A program made the position numbers and the translations under genes. 64,000 nucleotides of DNA, taken from positions 1,838 to 65,837 of the forward strand of contig JAIDSX010000064.1 of assembly GCA_029060985.1 (NCBI GenBank). The letters are read 5' to 3'. Under the pieces are notes generated by a model, which saw only the letters and a program-made list of their open reading frames with translations, had not been told where the DNA came from and did no database searches. This stretch comes from Clostridia bacterium. Its GTDB lineage: Bacteria; Bacillota; Clostridia; Christensenellales; Borkfalkiaceae. Positions 1 to 8,493 of the stretch are shown one piece after another (position 1 is the first letter of the stretch; each line of letters starts with the position of its first letter).

Positions 1-389
1 ATGACGTCGTTCGAGGTGAATACCGTCAGTATGGAAACCGTCACATAGAGATACAAAAAAAGCTTCGTCTGCCCCGTCTTCGCTCTTTTCAAGGCGACGC
101 TCGCAAGGTATTGGAAAAAGCCGAGCTCGTCTAAAAAGACGGACAATACCGTCATCGACAGGAAGAGCACGAGAATCTTTACGGGGTTGATCGCCGTATC
201 GGATATAAGCGCGCTCCCCACTTTTTTGACATCCGCCTGCCCGCAGGCAAGCAGAATCGCCGCGCCGACGAGCGTGACGATCCAGTAGGTATCAATCGAT
301 ATTTTACCGATTTTGATTTTCGGGAAAAACAGGATACTGAGTATCATGGCGATACAGGTGATCCCGCATATGACGATAGAAAGTACCAT
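1..389 (-). CDS. ArsB/NhaD-superfamily (YbiR/citrate-transporter-like) permease, N-terminal part only; ORF runs off the window start
   Basis: Open frame from ATG at 389 to the window edge (MVLSIVICGITCIAMILSILFF...LYVTVSILTVFTSNDV). It is made of hydrophobic TM segments and has the FTSND motif typical of this permease superfamily. Not in the ORF track because it is open-ended. Confidence 0.55.
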   Translation of the reverse strand, partial: MVLSIVICGITCIAMILSILFFPKIKIGKISIDTYWIVTLVGAAILLACGQADVKKVGSALISDTAINPVKILVLFLSMTVLSVFLDELGFFQYLASVALKRAKTGQTKLFLYLYVTVSILTVFTSNDV

Positions 390-413
390 AATAAATTCTT
401 CCGTGCCCAAAAT

Positions 414-442
414 ATTATATTAGCGTGACGGTACTTTGTCAA
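414..442 (-). promoter_or_regulatory. Consensus sigma-A type promoter for the permease gene
   Basis: On the minus strand: TTGACA (442-437), a 17-nt spacer, TATAAT (419-414), 25 nt upstream of the ATG at 389. Confidence 0.6.
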
Positions 443-461
443 CTTATAGCGGCGCGGGAAT

Positions 462-519
462 TGTGGATAACTATGTGGATAACTTAGAATTTTGTGGATA
501 ACTCCCCTCATTATCCACA
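462..519. promoter_or_regulatory. Cluster of four perfect DnaA boxes
   Basis: tgtggataa at 462-470, 474-482 and 493-501, and ttatccaca at 511-519. All are exact matches to the TTATCCACA consensus: three in one orientation and one inverted, within 58 bp. Confidence 0.8.
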
Positions 520-540
520 ATGAAAGAAATATCGGGCACA

Positions 541-566
541 AAAAAAGCCCCTCCTTAGAGGGGCTA
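541..566 (-). terminator. Rho-independent terminator after mreB
   Basis: Minus strand reads agcccctctaaggaggggct followed by ttttttt, immediately after the mreB stop. Confidence 0.7.
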
Positions 567-575
567 ATCTTTGCT

Positions 576-1556
576 TTATTCCATCATGATCCGATCGAGC
601 AGGGCGCTGTTTCCGAGTACTCTGCCGCCGCCCGAAACGACTGCGGTCTCCGGATTCTGCGCAACGTGGACTTCCATTTGCATTCTCTCTTCCACGTAGT
701 CCGCAAAGCCTTCGAGCGCGCTCACCCCGCCCGAGAAGTACACGCCGTTCTTGCACATGGCGGCGGACACCTCCGCAGGGAGCTTTCTTAAAAGCATTTC
801 CGCATATTCGATCACTTTATCGATATAGGTCTTGACGGGGAAGAGAATGTCTTCGCTTGCAACGGATACCGAACGGGGTCTGCCCGTGGGCACGTCGCGC
901 CCGTTGATAATGGTGCTTCTGCCCGAATCGCGAAGAAGGCTTCCCACCGTATTTTTCAGCTTTTCGCTCGTAAGCGAGCCGATCTTCAAATTGAACATTT
1001 CCGCGATATGGTCGATAATGTGAATGTCGATATTGTTGCCGCCGACGTTCATCGTAAGTCCCGCGATCGTGCCGTCGAGGGAGAACGCCGCGAACGAGGT
1101 CTTGCCCGCGCCGATATCGATCGCAAAAATCGGATTGGACTCCGAGAGCGGAACGTCCTGCCCGAGCGCGGACAAGAAGTGCGTTTCCGCAAACTTCACG
1201 CGGGAAATCCCCGCCGACTTTGCAACGCGCAGATACTTCTCGCGCGAAGCCGCCGTGCAGCCCGTGGGCACGCAGAAGAGCGCCTCCGCACCACGCTTTG
1301 CAACCTTTTGTACGAAGTAATCGAGAATCGCCGCGGCGCGCTTTTCCGATACGATCTCCCCTTCCCAAACGGGAAAGCTGACGTCGGTCAAGTCCGCGGT
1401 CTTGCCCAAGAGCCGCTTCGCCTCGTTTCCGTAGGCGCGCACCTCGCCCGTGTCCTTTTGCGAGGTCACGCAGGTCGCCTCCGTTAAGACGATCCCGTAG
1501 CCGAGCTTATAAATTTTCGTTGAAGCCGTACCAAAATCGATTGCAAGTTTTATCAT
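576..1556 (-). CDS. mreB: Rod-shape-determining actin-like protein MreB/Mbl
   Basis: 326 aa. It has the actin-fold phosphate motifs (IDFGTASTKIY, AIDIGAGKTSFA, VYFSGGVSALEG) and lies downstream of maf, as in Firmicute maf-mreB loci. Confidence 0.9.
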   Translation of the reverse strand: MIKLAIDFGTASTKIYKLGYGIVLTEATCVTSQKDTGEVRAYGNEAKRLLGKTADLTDVSFPVWEGEIVSEKRAAAILDYFVQKVAKRGAEALFCVPTGCTAASREKYLRVAKSAGISRVKFAETHFLSALGQDVPLSESNPIFAIDIGAGKTSFAAFSLDGTIAGLTMNVGGNNIDIHIIDHIAEMFNLKIGSLTSEKLKNTVGSLLRDSGRSTIINGRDVPTGRPRSVSVASEDILFPVKTYIDKVIEYAEMLLRKLPAEVSAAMCKNGVYFSGGVSALEGFADYVEERMQMEVHVAQNPETAVVSGGGRVLGNSALLDRIMME

Positions 1557-1566
1557 ATGCGTTTCC

Positions 1567-2100
1567 TTATTGAAAAAGCAGTTCCTCCACCGCTTCCATC
1601 GGCAGTCCCATGACGTTCGTATAGCTCCCCTCGTAGGACTTTACGACCACGCCGTCCTGTATCCCGTAAGCCCCCGCTTTGTCGAGCGGCGCACCGCTCA
1701 AAACGTAGCTTTTTATCGTTTTTTCACTCAATTCTTTGAATAAAACCTTCGTCTCTACAACCCTTTCCTTGACACCGTTTTGATCGGCGAGACACACGCC
1801 CGTGAACACGGAATGCGTCCTTCCGCTCAACAGGCGGAGCATTCTTTCCGCGTCTTCGGCGTCTTTGGGTTTTCCCAAAATCACGCCGTCCAGGGCGACC
1901 GTCGTATCCGCGCCGAGCACGACTCTATCGGGAAACCGCCCTAAAACTTCGAGCGCCTTCCCCCGCGCGTTCGCGAGTACGACCTCTTCCGCGCCGCCCT
2001 TTTCCACCTCTTCGAAGCGGGAGACTTCCACCTCGAACGGGCACAGGGGAGCAAGTAATTCTCTGCGCCTCGGAGAGGCGCTTGCAAGTAAAAGCTTCAT
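1567..2100 (-). CDS. maf: Maf-like nucleoside triphosphate pyrophosphatase (septum formation protein)
   Basis: 177 aa. MKLLLASASPRRRELL N-terminus and the GAYGIQD motif. Its start overlaps the upstream stop as TAATG. Confidence 0.9.
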   Translation of the reverse strand: MKLLLASASPRRRELLAPLCPFEVEVSRFEEVEKGGAEEVVLANARGKALEVLGRFPDRVVLGADTTVALDGVILGKPKDAEDAERMLRLLSGRTHSVFTGVCLADQNGVKERVVETKVLFKELSEKTIKSYVLSGAPLDKAGAYGIQDGVVVKSYEGSYTNVMGLPMEAVEELLFQ

Positions 2101-3608
2101 TAAAGAATTTCGAGATTTTTATGGAAATTGCGTTTGAATTCGCCGTTCACCGCCATTGCCTGATGAATTTCCAGCGTGGCGTCGCCCGCAAGCTCCGTCT
2201 TCATAATGACGGAATCGCCCAACACGTCGCAGTTGATGCCCGTGACCATGCCGAGCCCGCTCCTGTCGAGGCATTCGGCAATGCGCAAGAGAACGCCCAG
2301 CTTTTTCACGACGTCCAGATCCTCGTCGGTGACGATATCGCGGTATCTTGCCCACTCCGCCGCGGGAATATCCTCTTTGTGATAGCACCCCGCCACGAAC
2401 GCCGCCAAAACGATTTCGCGGTGCGTTGCGCCGTAGATACAGGAATTCATGATCATGTAGCGCGCGTGCTGGGCGTTGCCGTAGTAGCGCATACCCTTAC
2501 CGCACTCCGCAAGGCTTGCCGCGATTTTGAGGATCTTCAAATAGACGCGCGGGAATTTATGAAGCACCCGAAGCTGCTTGAAGAGCTGAATGGAGAGGCG
2601 CACCGTCTGTTCCGCATGCTGCACGTTGCAGCCGTAATATTTAACGAGCGTGTTCAAGGAATAGCTCATCACGTCGGTGATGGGGCGTTCCATCGTCATG
2701 GGCACGGCCTGGTTGAACATAATGCCCTCTCTCAGTCCGCTGCCGCCGATCGTGAAGGATTCGATATTCAAATACTTTGTGAACGCCTTGATAATGGCGA
2801 GCGCGGCGGGCATAATGTCCGCACGGGCAGGGGAAAGCCCCCTGATCCTCTTGCGCTTCTCCACGTCGAGATCGCGCACCATTTCGTATTCGGCGTTGAA
2901 ATCCTCCGTTGCGAACTGGTAGTTGTGCAGGCTCGCAAGCGGATATTTTTTGACGACGCGGTTGATTTTATACAGGTTTCTGAACGACCCGCCCACGCCG
3001 ATCATCTGCGTTTCGGGATCGATGTCGTTCAGCCAGTCGATCTTCTTGAATTGCTCGGTGAAGAACTCTTCGATACGCTCCGTCTGGTCGCGGGTAGAGC
3101 CGTCGTCCTTAAAGAGATCGGTCAAGGTGACCGCGCCGAAGCCGAGCGTCACGAAATTGAGAATGGTGCGGCGGTTGTAGTAGACGATCTTCGTGCTGCC
3201 CCCGCCGATTTCGAGAATGATTCCCTTGGGAATATCCATGGAATTGATGACGCCGCGGTAGACGTAAGTCGCCTCCTCCTCTTCGGAGAGAACGCTCACT
3301 TTAATCCCGCAGGTCGCCTGAATTTCATCGAGGAAGGAACGCTGATTTTTGGCGCGCCGAACTGCCGCCGTCGCAACGGCGATAATGCGCGTGACCTCTC
3401 TTGCGTCGCACAGGCGCTTGAACATTTTTAAGGTTTTTATGGTCTCTGCTACGCGTTGGGGTTTCAAAAAGCCGTCGCGGTCCATATCCTGACCGAGACG
3501 AACGCTCTCCTTCATTTCGTCCTCGACCATAAAGTGCTCGTCAAAGAGCTTTACGATCACGAGGCGTGCAGAGTTGGAGCCTAAATCGATAATACCGATT
3601 TTTTCCAT
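2100..3608 (-). CDS. Ppx/GppA family exopolyphosphatase / guanosine pentaphosphate phosphohydrolase
   Basis: 502 aa. N-terminal IGIIDLGSNSARLVI ASKHA-fold motif and a C-terminal HD-like helical domain. Confidence 0.85.
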   Translation of the reverse strand: MEKIGIIDLGSNSARLVIVKLFDEHFMVEDEMKESVRLGQDMDRDGFLKPQRVAETIKTLKMFKRLCDAREVTRIIAVATAAVRRAKNQRSFLDEIQATCGIKVSVLSEEEEATYVYRGVINSMDIPKGIILEIGGGSTKIVYYNRRTILNFVTLGFGAVTLTDLFKDDGSTRDQTERIEEFFTEQFKKIDWLNDIDPETQMIGVGGSFRNLYKINRVVKKYPLASLHNYQFATEDFNAEYEMVRDLDVEKRKRIRGLSPARADIMPAALAIIKAFTKYLNIESFTIGGSGLREGIMFNQAVPMTMERPITDVMSYSLNTLVKYYGCNVQHAEQTVRLSIQLFKQLRVLHKFPRVYLKILKIAASLAECGKGMRYYGNAQHARYMIMNSCIYGATHREIVLAAFVAGCYHKEDIPAAEWARYRDIVTDEDLDVVKKLGVLLRIAECLDRSGLGMVTGINCDVLGDSVIMKTELAGDATLEIHQAMAVNGEFKRNFHKNLEIL

Positions 3609-3758
3609 AGCTCACCGTCCTTTTCGGGTGCGTTTTCCCGCACTCGCTTGAATTATAACTTTCCCCCGATTATAATAAAATCATTCTAACATAGCTTTGA
3701 CTGTTTGTCCATACCCTTTTTGAAAAAAATGCCCGGTTTTTACAATTTTTTTAATATA

Positions 3759-4142
3759 TTAGAAAGCATTTTTGCTTTTTTTCATGCGGAAAGCGGAGGC
3801 AAACTGGAAAAACGACAGCCCTATGAGGAAAACTCCGAAGCCCTTTGAAAGCGCCGCGTCGGGAAGGTACGCCGCCGCCACCGCACTGAGCGCGGAAAAA
3901 AGAAGCGCGGGCACGGTCAAAAAGGCGAGCCCCTCTTTTTTCAAGAGCCCGCTCTTTGCGTGAACGAAGAGCGCCACCGCAGACATGGGCAAAAAGCAGA
4001 GAAGATTTACTCCCTGCGCCGCGCTCTGCTTTACGCCGCACACGGTCGTCAAAAGCGGAATTAAAAGCGTGCCGCCGCCCATGCCCATTCCCCCTAAAAT
4101 TCCGCCCGCGATCCCTGAGAGCAAAAAAATAAGAAAACTCAT
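3759..4142 (-). CDS. Half-size TauE/SafE (TSUP, DUF81) family membrane transporter subunit, downstream half
   Basis: 127 aa from an internal ATG (MSFLIFLLSGIAGGILGGMGMGGGTLLIPLL...), about 4 TM. The longer 256-aa track ORF has an Arg-rich, non-protein-like N-terminal extension that overlaps the upstream gene. Confidence 0.7.
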   Translation of the reverse strand: MSFLIFLLSGIAGGILGGMGMGGGTLLIPLLTTVCGVKQSAAQGVNLLCFLPMSAVALFVHAKSGLLKKEGLAFLTVPALLFSALSAVAAAYLPDAALSKGFGVFLIGLSFFQFASAFRMKKSKNAF

Positions 4143-4495
4143 AGAAGCATTCTGACCCCCGCGATCAGCATAAACACCGAAAAGGCGATCGCCGTATATT
4201 TCGGCTCTAATTTTCCCAAGAGCTTCGCGCCCAAGAATCCGCCGAGCAGCACGCCCAAAGAGACGGGCAAAAATACAAAGAAGGGCACGAGCCCGAAAAA
4301 CAGATAGACGACGGCGCTCACTAAGGTTGCGGGAAGCACGACGGCGATCGCCGTCGCGTGCGCGGAGGCAGTCGGATATTTTGCTACCCGTTCGAGATAG
4401 GGCACGGCGATCATGCCGCCGCCCCCGCCGAAGAGCCCGTTCGCCGTACCCGTTAAAAGTCCGCCGCCCACGGCGTACCAATTTTTCCGATCCAT
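4139..4495 (-). CDS. Half-size TauE/SafE (TSUP, DUF81) family membrane transporter subunit, upstream half
   Basis: 118 aa with the GLFGGGGGMIAVPYL motif, about 4 TM. Its stop overlaps the next start as ATGA (4139-4142). Confidence 0.7.
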   Translation of the reverse strand: MDRKNWYAVGGGLLTGTANGLFGGGGGMIAVPYLERVAKYPTASAHATAIAVVLPATLVSAVVYLFFGLVPFFVFLPVSLGVLLGGFLGAKLLGKLEPKYTAIAFSVFMLIAGVRMLL

Positions 4496-4693
4496 AAAAT
4501 TCCCGCCACCCCCTTAAAATGCCGTTCAAACACGCTTGATTGCATTCAGTTTGTGAAATTTTATAAAAAATTTTCTCAAAACAATTTATTTACGCACGGA
4601 ATTGCTTGCCTTGCGGCGCGTTTTATATTAAAATAGGAGTATCGTGAAAAATTTCGCGCTTTATAATGTTACGCGCGTATAAAGGACTTTTTT

Positions 4694-7600
4694 ATGGCTA
4701 AATTCAATGAATCGGGAAAATGGAAAAAACGTTGGATGACGGGGCTGTCCCTTACTATGGCGGCAGCGCTCTCCCTCGGCATTTTTGCCGCCTGCAAAAC
4801 GACGGACGGGGAGGACGAGCCCGCAGAGGAAGAATCCGCCGCGTTACCTACGGATACCCAGCTTCTGAAAAACGGCAACTTCGAATTCTATTCCGAAATG
4901 ACGAAGGACGAGGACGAATTGAGAGCAATTCTCAATACGCCTACGAGCTGGTCGTTCTCCTCCGGCTCGCCCTCTTCCGATACGAAGTCGGGACTCGTAG
5001 ACCTTAAATATTGGGATTCCATTACGAAATCGAAACACGAGTTCACCGATATTAACGACGCTTATACGAATTGGGACGCGGGCAGCATTTACGACAAGCT
5101 GAACTTCTTCTATAAATGCGACAACCCCTCGAACAATTCCGCATACGATCCCTTCGAGGACGCGTACGACGCGCTTGCCTCCGATTCCGCGGAGAAGAAA
5201 TTCTTCAACGAACAGGCGTTCTCCTCCGTGGATTTCGAGGACGTGCAATATCTTAGGGACGAGCTCGGCGAGGGCGAAAGCAAGAGCATTCCCCTTCACG
5301 GCGATACCGACTCCGAAAAATCGGACAAGCGCGGTATCCTCATGATCCACAACCGCAGAACTTCCGACGGCGCGGTGGGAACGGCGCAGAGCTATACCTC
5401 CTCCACGACGATCACCCTGCAAGCGGGCACTTCCGCAAAAATTTCCGTATGGGTCAAGACGGCGAAGCTCCGCCACTACTACGCCGACCTCAAAGAGGAA
5501 AACGACACCCTCGACGGTCTTAAAGTCAATTCGGACGCGGGCGCTTACATCGGCGTTACGCAGACGGTGGGCGGCACGACCCTCGACCAAATGCAGATCA
5601 AGAATATCAACACCGAGGTCACGAATCCCGACAAGGACAATAACGGTTGGGAGCAGTACACGGTGTACGTCCGCGCGAGCACCTTTGCCACGACGACCGT
5701 GAAACTCGTTTTGGGTCTCGGACAAGGCACTTCGGACGATAGATACGAGGCGGTCAACGGCTACGCTCTCTTTGACGACGTTGAATGCAAAATTATTCCC
5801 AACACCGAATATCTGTCGGCTACGGACGGCTTCCACTACACCTGCAATGTCGACGACAAAAAGCCCGATAAACTCTTCGACGCAACGCGGCTGAGCGCAA
5901 ATAACGATTATGACAGAAACTTTGCGATCGACCTTTATGCGGGCGATTTTACGAACACAGACTTTACCAAAAGCGACATCGAAATCGGTCTTACCAAAGA
6001 AAAGCCCGGTATGAAGGAATATACTTCCGAAAATATCGACAAGTCGCTCTACGACAACAGCGACGACACGAACGTTCCCGAAAACAAAAGAAGCATTGCC
6101 GACGTTCTGTCTTATAACGAAATTGCCGCTTCGGAAAACGGCTATCTGAAAAACATCGTTAAAAACGATTTCGACGGAGAGAAATATCCGTTCGCAAAAG
6201 ACGCGAATCTGATTTTGCTCCTCTCCACGAACGGCGCGGCTTACACGGCAAAGACGAAAACCATAGAGCTTGCGGGGGAATCGCGGCTTCTCATCTCGTT
6301 CTTCGTCAAGACGAGCGAGGTCATTAAAGGACGCACGGGCGCAACCATCACGCTCGTGGACGGCTCGAACAAAACGACGATTTCCGCATTCGACTCCACG
6401 ACCGTTTCAACGGTGGATATTACGAATCCGAACGACGAGGCGGCGAGTAAAAAGGATATCTACGACGGCTGGGTACAGTGCTTCTTCTTCGTCTCCAACG
6501 ATACGGAAGACGCCAAAGAATTCACCATTGAATTCTCGTTAGGTCCGACTACGATCGTAGGCTCGGATAAATACGACTACGGTCAGGGCTATGCGGCGTT
6601 TGCGAACTTCCAGACGAAATCGCTCACCAAGACCGAGCTCTCCTACGCCTCCACGGGCGAGAGAGCGAAAAAGGTCACGCTCACCGGCTCCACCGAGGAC
6701 GCGACGGTATTCGACGAGGCAAGCAAGGTCTTCGATATCGAACAGGGACTTGCAACTCCCCTCAACTTTGAGGGCGTGCGCGCGGGCAGCAAGCGTTTGG
6801 TCTCCGGCTCTACAATAGACAACGAAGTGCCCGAAGGACTGAATACGGGACTTCTCAACTACAAGCACGCAGATCATTACAGTGCAATTTTGGGCACTAA
6901 GACGTGGGAGGAGCTGTTCAGCGATGAGGAAGGCACCGCGCTTCAACCGCTCGTCATTATGAACACGACGGGCGCGGCGCTCCCCTCCTACGGTTACTTT
7001 GCTGCAAACGCTACAATTTCGGCAAGCTCCTATCAGAAGATTTCGCTCCGCGTGAAGCTCTCTGAGGGCGCAACGGCGACCGTGTATTTGACGGACGTAT
7101 CCGAATTCAGCACGGAAGGCTATAACAAATTCTTGCAGCCCAGCGCGCCCAAGGTCACCTACTGGTACGACAAGAACGGAAATATCTGCAACGGCGATCC
7201 GAGCAAGAAGGATTCCGAAATCGTATTCGAACTGCAAACGAACGGGCTCTACCGCAAGGCGGACGATAAGAACGATACTTCCTATTACGCCAACCTTAAA
7301 AATTATAAAGAAAAGAACGGCAACCTTGTAACGGGCAACGGCACGCCGGCGTTCTACGGAAACGACAATAAATACTATGCTTACCGCACCGAAAACGCGG
7401 ACGGCACTTACAGCTACTCCACGGAGGTCAAAGACCTCTACGCGAACGGCGGAAAGGCAATCGCGCGTTACAACTATTTGGAAGACAGCGAAGGAAACGA
7501 GTTCAACTTCTACGACTCCAAAATCACCGTGGAAAATCCCGACGGAAGCAATTCGAATTGGGTGACCGTCGCCTTCTACGTGCACACGGGAAATGCGGCG

Positions 7601-8452
7601 AAGACCTACCGCCTCGAAGTTTGGGCGGGCGACAGAGACAACGCCGAAACCGGTATCCCCGCAAACGGCTACGTGTTCTTCGACCGCTACTCCTCCACTT
7701 CGATCTCCAACTACGATAAGCTCCTTGAAGACGCGGTGGACAACCTCAAAGAAGCAAAACAGCTCGACGTAAAAGAAAACCTTACCGAAGATGTGGCTCA
7801 TTACTACACCTTCACCTACTACGATTCCGTGAACTATTTGCGTTACGACGTGAACGAGGACACCGACGAAGTGGGCAACCTGTACGCTTCTTACGATCAG
7901 AGCAAGTATTCGGAAGAGCTCATCTATTTGATCTACGACGATCTGACCGGAGAGAGCGTAGCTCCGTCCAAAATCCGCTTCCTCAACTATGCGGCAAGCG
8001 ACGTTACGGTGGAAGCAGACGAGCCCGCTGCTGACGAAGAAGAGGAAGAGCCGGACGAGAAAGACCCTATTTCGACGGGCGATATCCTTCTTATCGTCTC
8101 CTCCGCGCTCCTCGGCATCGTGATCATATTCGTCATCGTAATGCTTCTCATCCGGCACTTTACGGGTAAACGCAGAAAATCGACGAAGGTGACCGCCGTA
8201 GAGGATAAGCGCTACAAGCCCTCTAAAAAGAAAGAAGAGGCGAGCGTTGAAGAGGAAGAGGAAAACCCCTTCGTAAAAAACCGCAAGGCTAAGGAAGAGG
8301 CTGAAAAGGCAAAAGCGGAAGAGGTAGAACCCGAACCCGCAGAAGAGCCCGCTCCTGCCGAAGAGCCTGCGGAAGAAACCGCCGAGGACGCTCCTGCCGA
8401 AGAGCCTACGGAAGAGGCTCCCGCCGAATCCGACGACGGCTCGGAAGAGTAA
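4694..8452 (+). CDS. Very large (1252 aa) predicted lipoprotein / surface protein with three CBM-like beta-sandwich modules, a C-terminal TM anchor and an acidic low-complexity tail
   Basis: Lipobox LGIFAAC near the N-terminus. Recurrent module endings GYALFDDVEC, GYAAFANF and GYVFFDRY, with an LKNGNFEF start typical of CBM4/9/22-like domains. TM segment ILLIVSSALLGIVIIFVIVMLLI, then a K/E/A/P-rich tail. Confidence 0.75.
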   Translation: MAKFNESGKWKKRWMTGLSLTMAAALSLGIFAACKTTDGEDEPAEEESAALPTDTQLLKNGNFEFYSEMTKDEDELRAILNTPTSWSFSSGSPSSDTKSGLVDLKYWDSITKSKHEFTDINDAYTNWDAGSIYDKLNFFYKCDNPSNNSAYDPFEDAYDALASDSAEKKFFNEQAFSSVDFEDVQYLRDELGEGESKSIPLHGDTDSEKSDKRGILMIHNRRTSDGAVGTAQSYTSSTTITLQAGTSAKISVWVKTAKLRHYYADLKEENDTLDGLKVNSDAGAYIGVTQTVGGTTLDQMQIKNINTEVTNPDKDNNGWEQYTVYVRASTFATTTVKLVLGLGQGTSDDRYEAVNGYALFDDVECKIIPNTEYLSATDGFHYTCNVDDKKPDKLFDATRLSANNDYDRNFAIDLYAGDFTNTDFTKSDIEIGLTKEKPGMKEYTSENIDKSLYDNSDDTNVPENKRSIADVLSYNEIAASENGYLKNIVKNDFDGEKYPFAKDANLILLLSTNGAAYTAKTKTIELAGESRLLISFFVKTSEVIKGRTGATITLVDGSNKTTISAFDSTTVSTVDITNPNDEAASKKDIYDGWVQCFFFVSNDTEDAKEFTIEFSLGPTTIVGSDKYDYGQGYAAFANFQTKSLTKTELSYASTGERAKKVTLTGSTEDATVFDEASKVFDIEQGLATPLNFEGVRAGSKRLVSGSTIDNEVPEGLNTGLLNYKHADHYSAILGTKTWEELFSDEEGTALQPLVIMNTTGAALPSYGYFAANATISASSYQKISLRVKLSEGATATVYLTDVSEFSTEGYNKFLQPSAPKVTYWYDKNGNICNGDPSKKDSEIVFELQTNGLYRKADDKNDTSYYANLKNYKEKNGNLVTGNGTPAFYGNDNKYYAYRTENADGTYSYSTEVKDLYANGGKAIARYNYLEDSEGNEFNFYDSKITVENPDGSNSNWVTVAFYVHTGNAAKTYRLEVWAGDRDNAETGIPANGYVFFDRYSSTSISNYDKLLEDAVDNLKEAKQLDVKENLTEDVAHYYTFTYYDSVNYLRYDVNEDTDEVGNLYASYDQSKYSEELIYLIYDDLTGESVAPSKIRFLNYAASDVTVEADEPAADEEEEEPDEKDPISTGDILLIVSSALLGIVIIFVIVMLLIRHFTGKRRKSTKVTAVEDKRYKPSKKKEEASVEEEEENPFVKNRKAKEEAEKAKAEEVEPEPAEEPAPAEEPAEETAEDAPAEEPTEEAPAESDDGSEE

Positions 8453-8463
8453 AACGAAATAAC

Positions 8464-8492
8464 AAAACCCCCGCGCTTTGCGCGGGGGTTTT
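8464..8492. terminator. Bidirectional terminator between convergent genes
   Basis: aaaacccccgcgctttgcgcgggggtttt: a GC stem flanked by A and T runs. Confidence 0.8.
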
Positions 8493-8493
8493 G

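Noticed and set aside
344-541. 65-aa minus-strand ORF and 99-aa plus-strand ORF (492-791) covering the DnaA-box cluster.
   Set aside because: The translations are unprotein-like. The ORFs span a promoter, four DnaA boxes and the mreB terminator. The region is better explained as regulatory DNA.
3759-4529. 256-aa track ORF suggesting a single full-length TauE gene.
   Set aside because: Its first 129 residues are an Arg-rich out-of-frame read across the upstream half-gene. The TauE-like sequence begins only at the internal ATG (4142). The real N-terminal half is in another frame (4139-4495).
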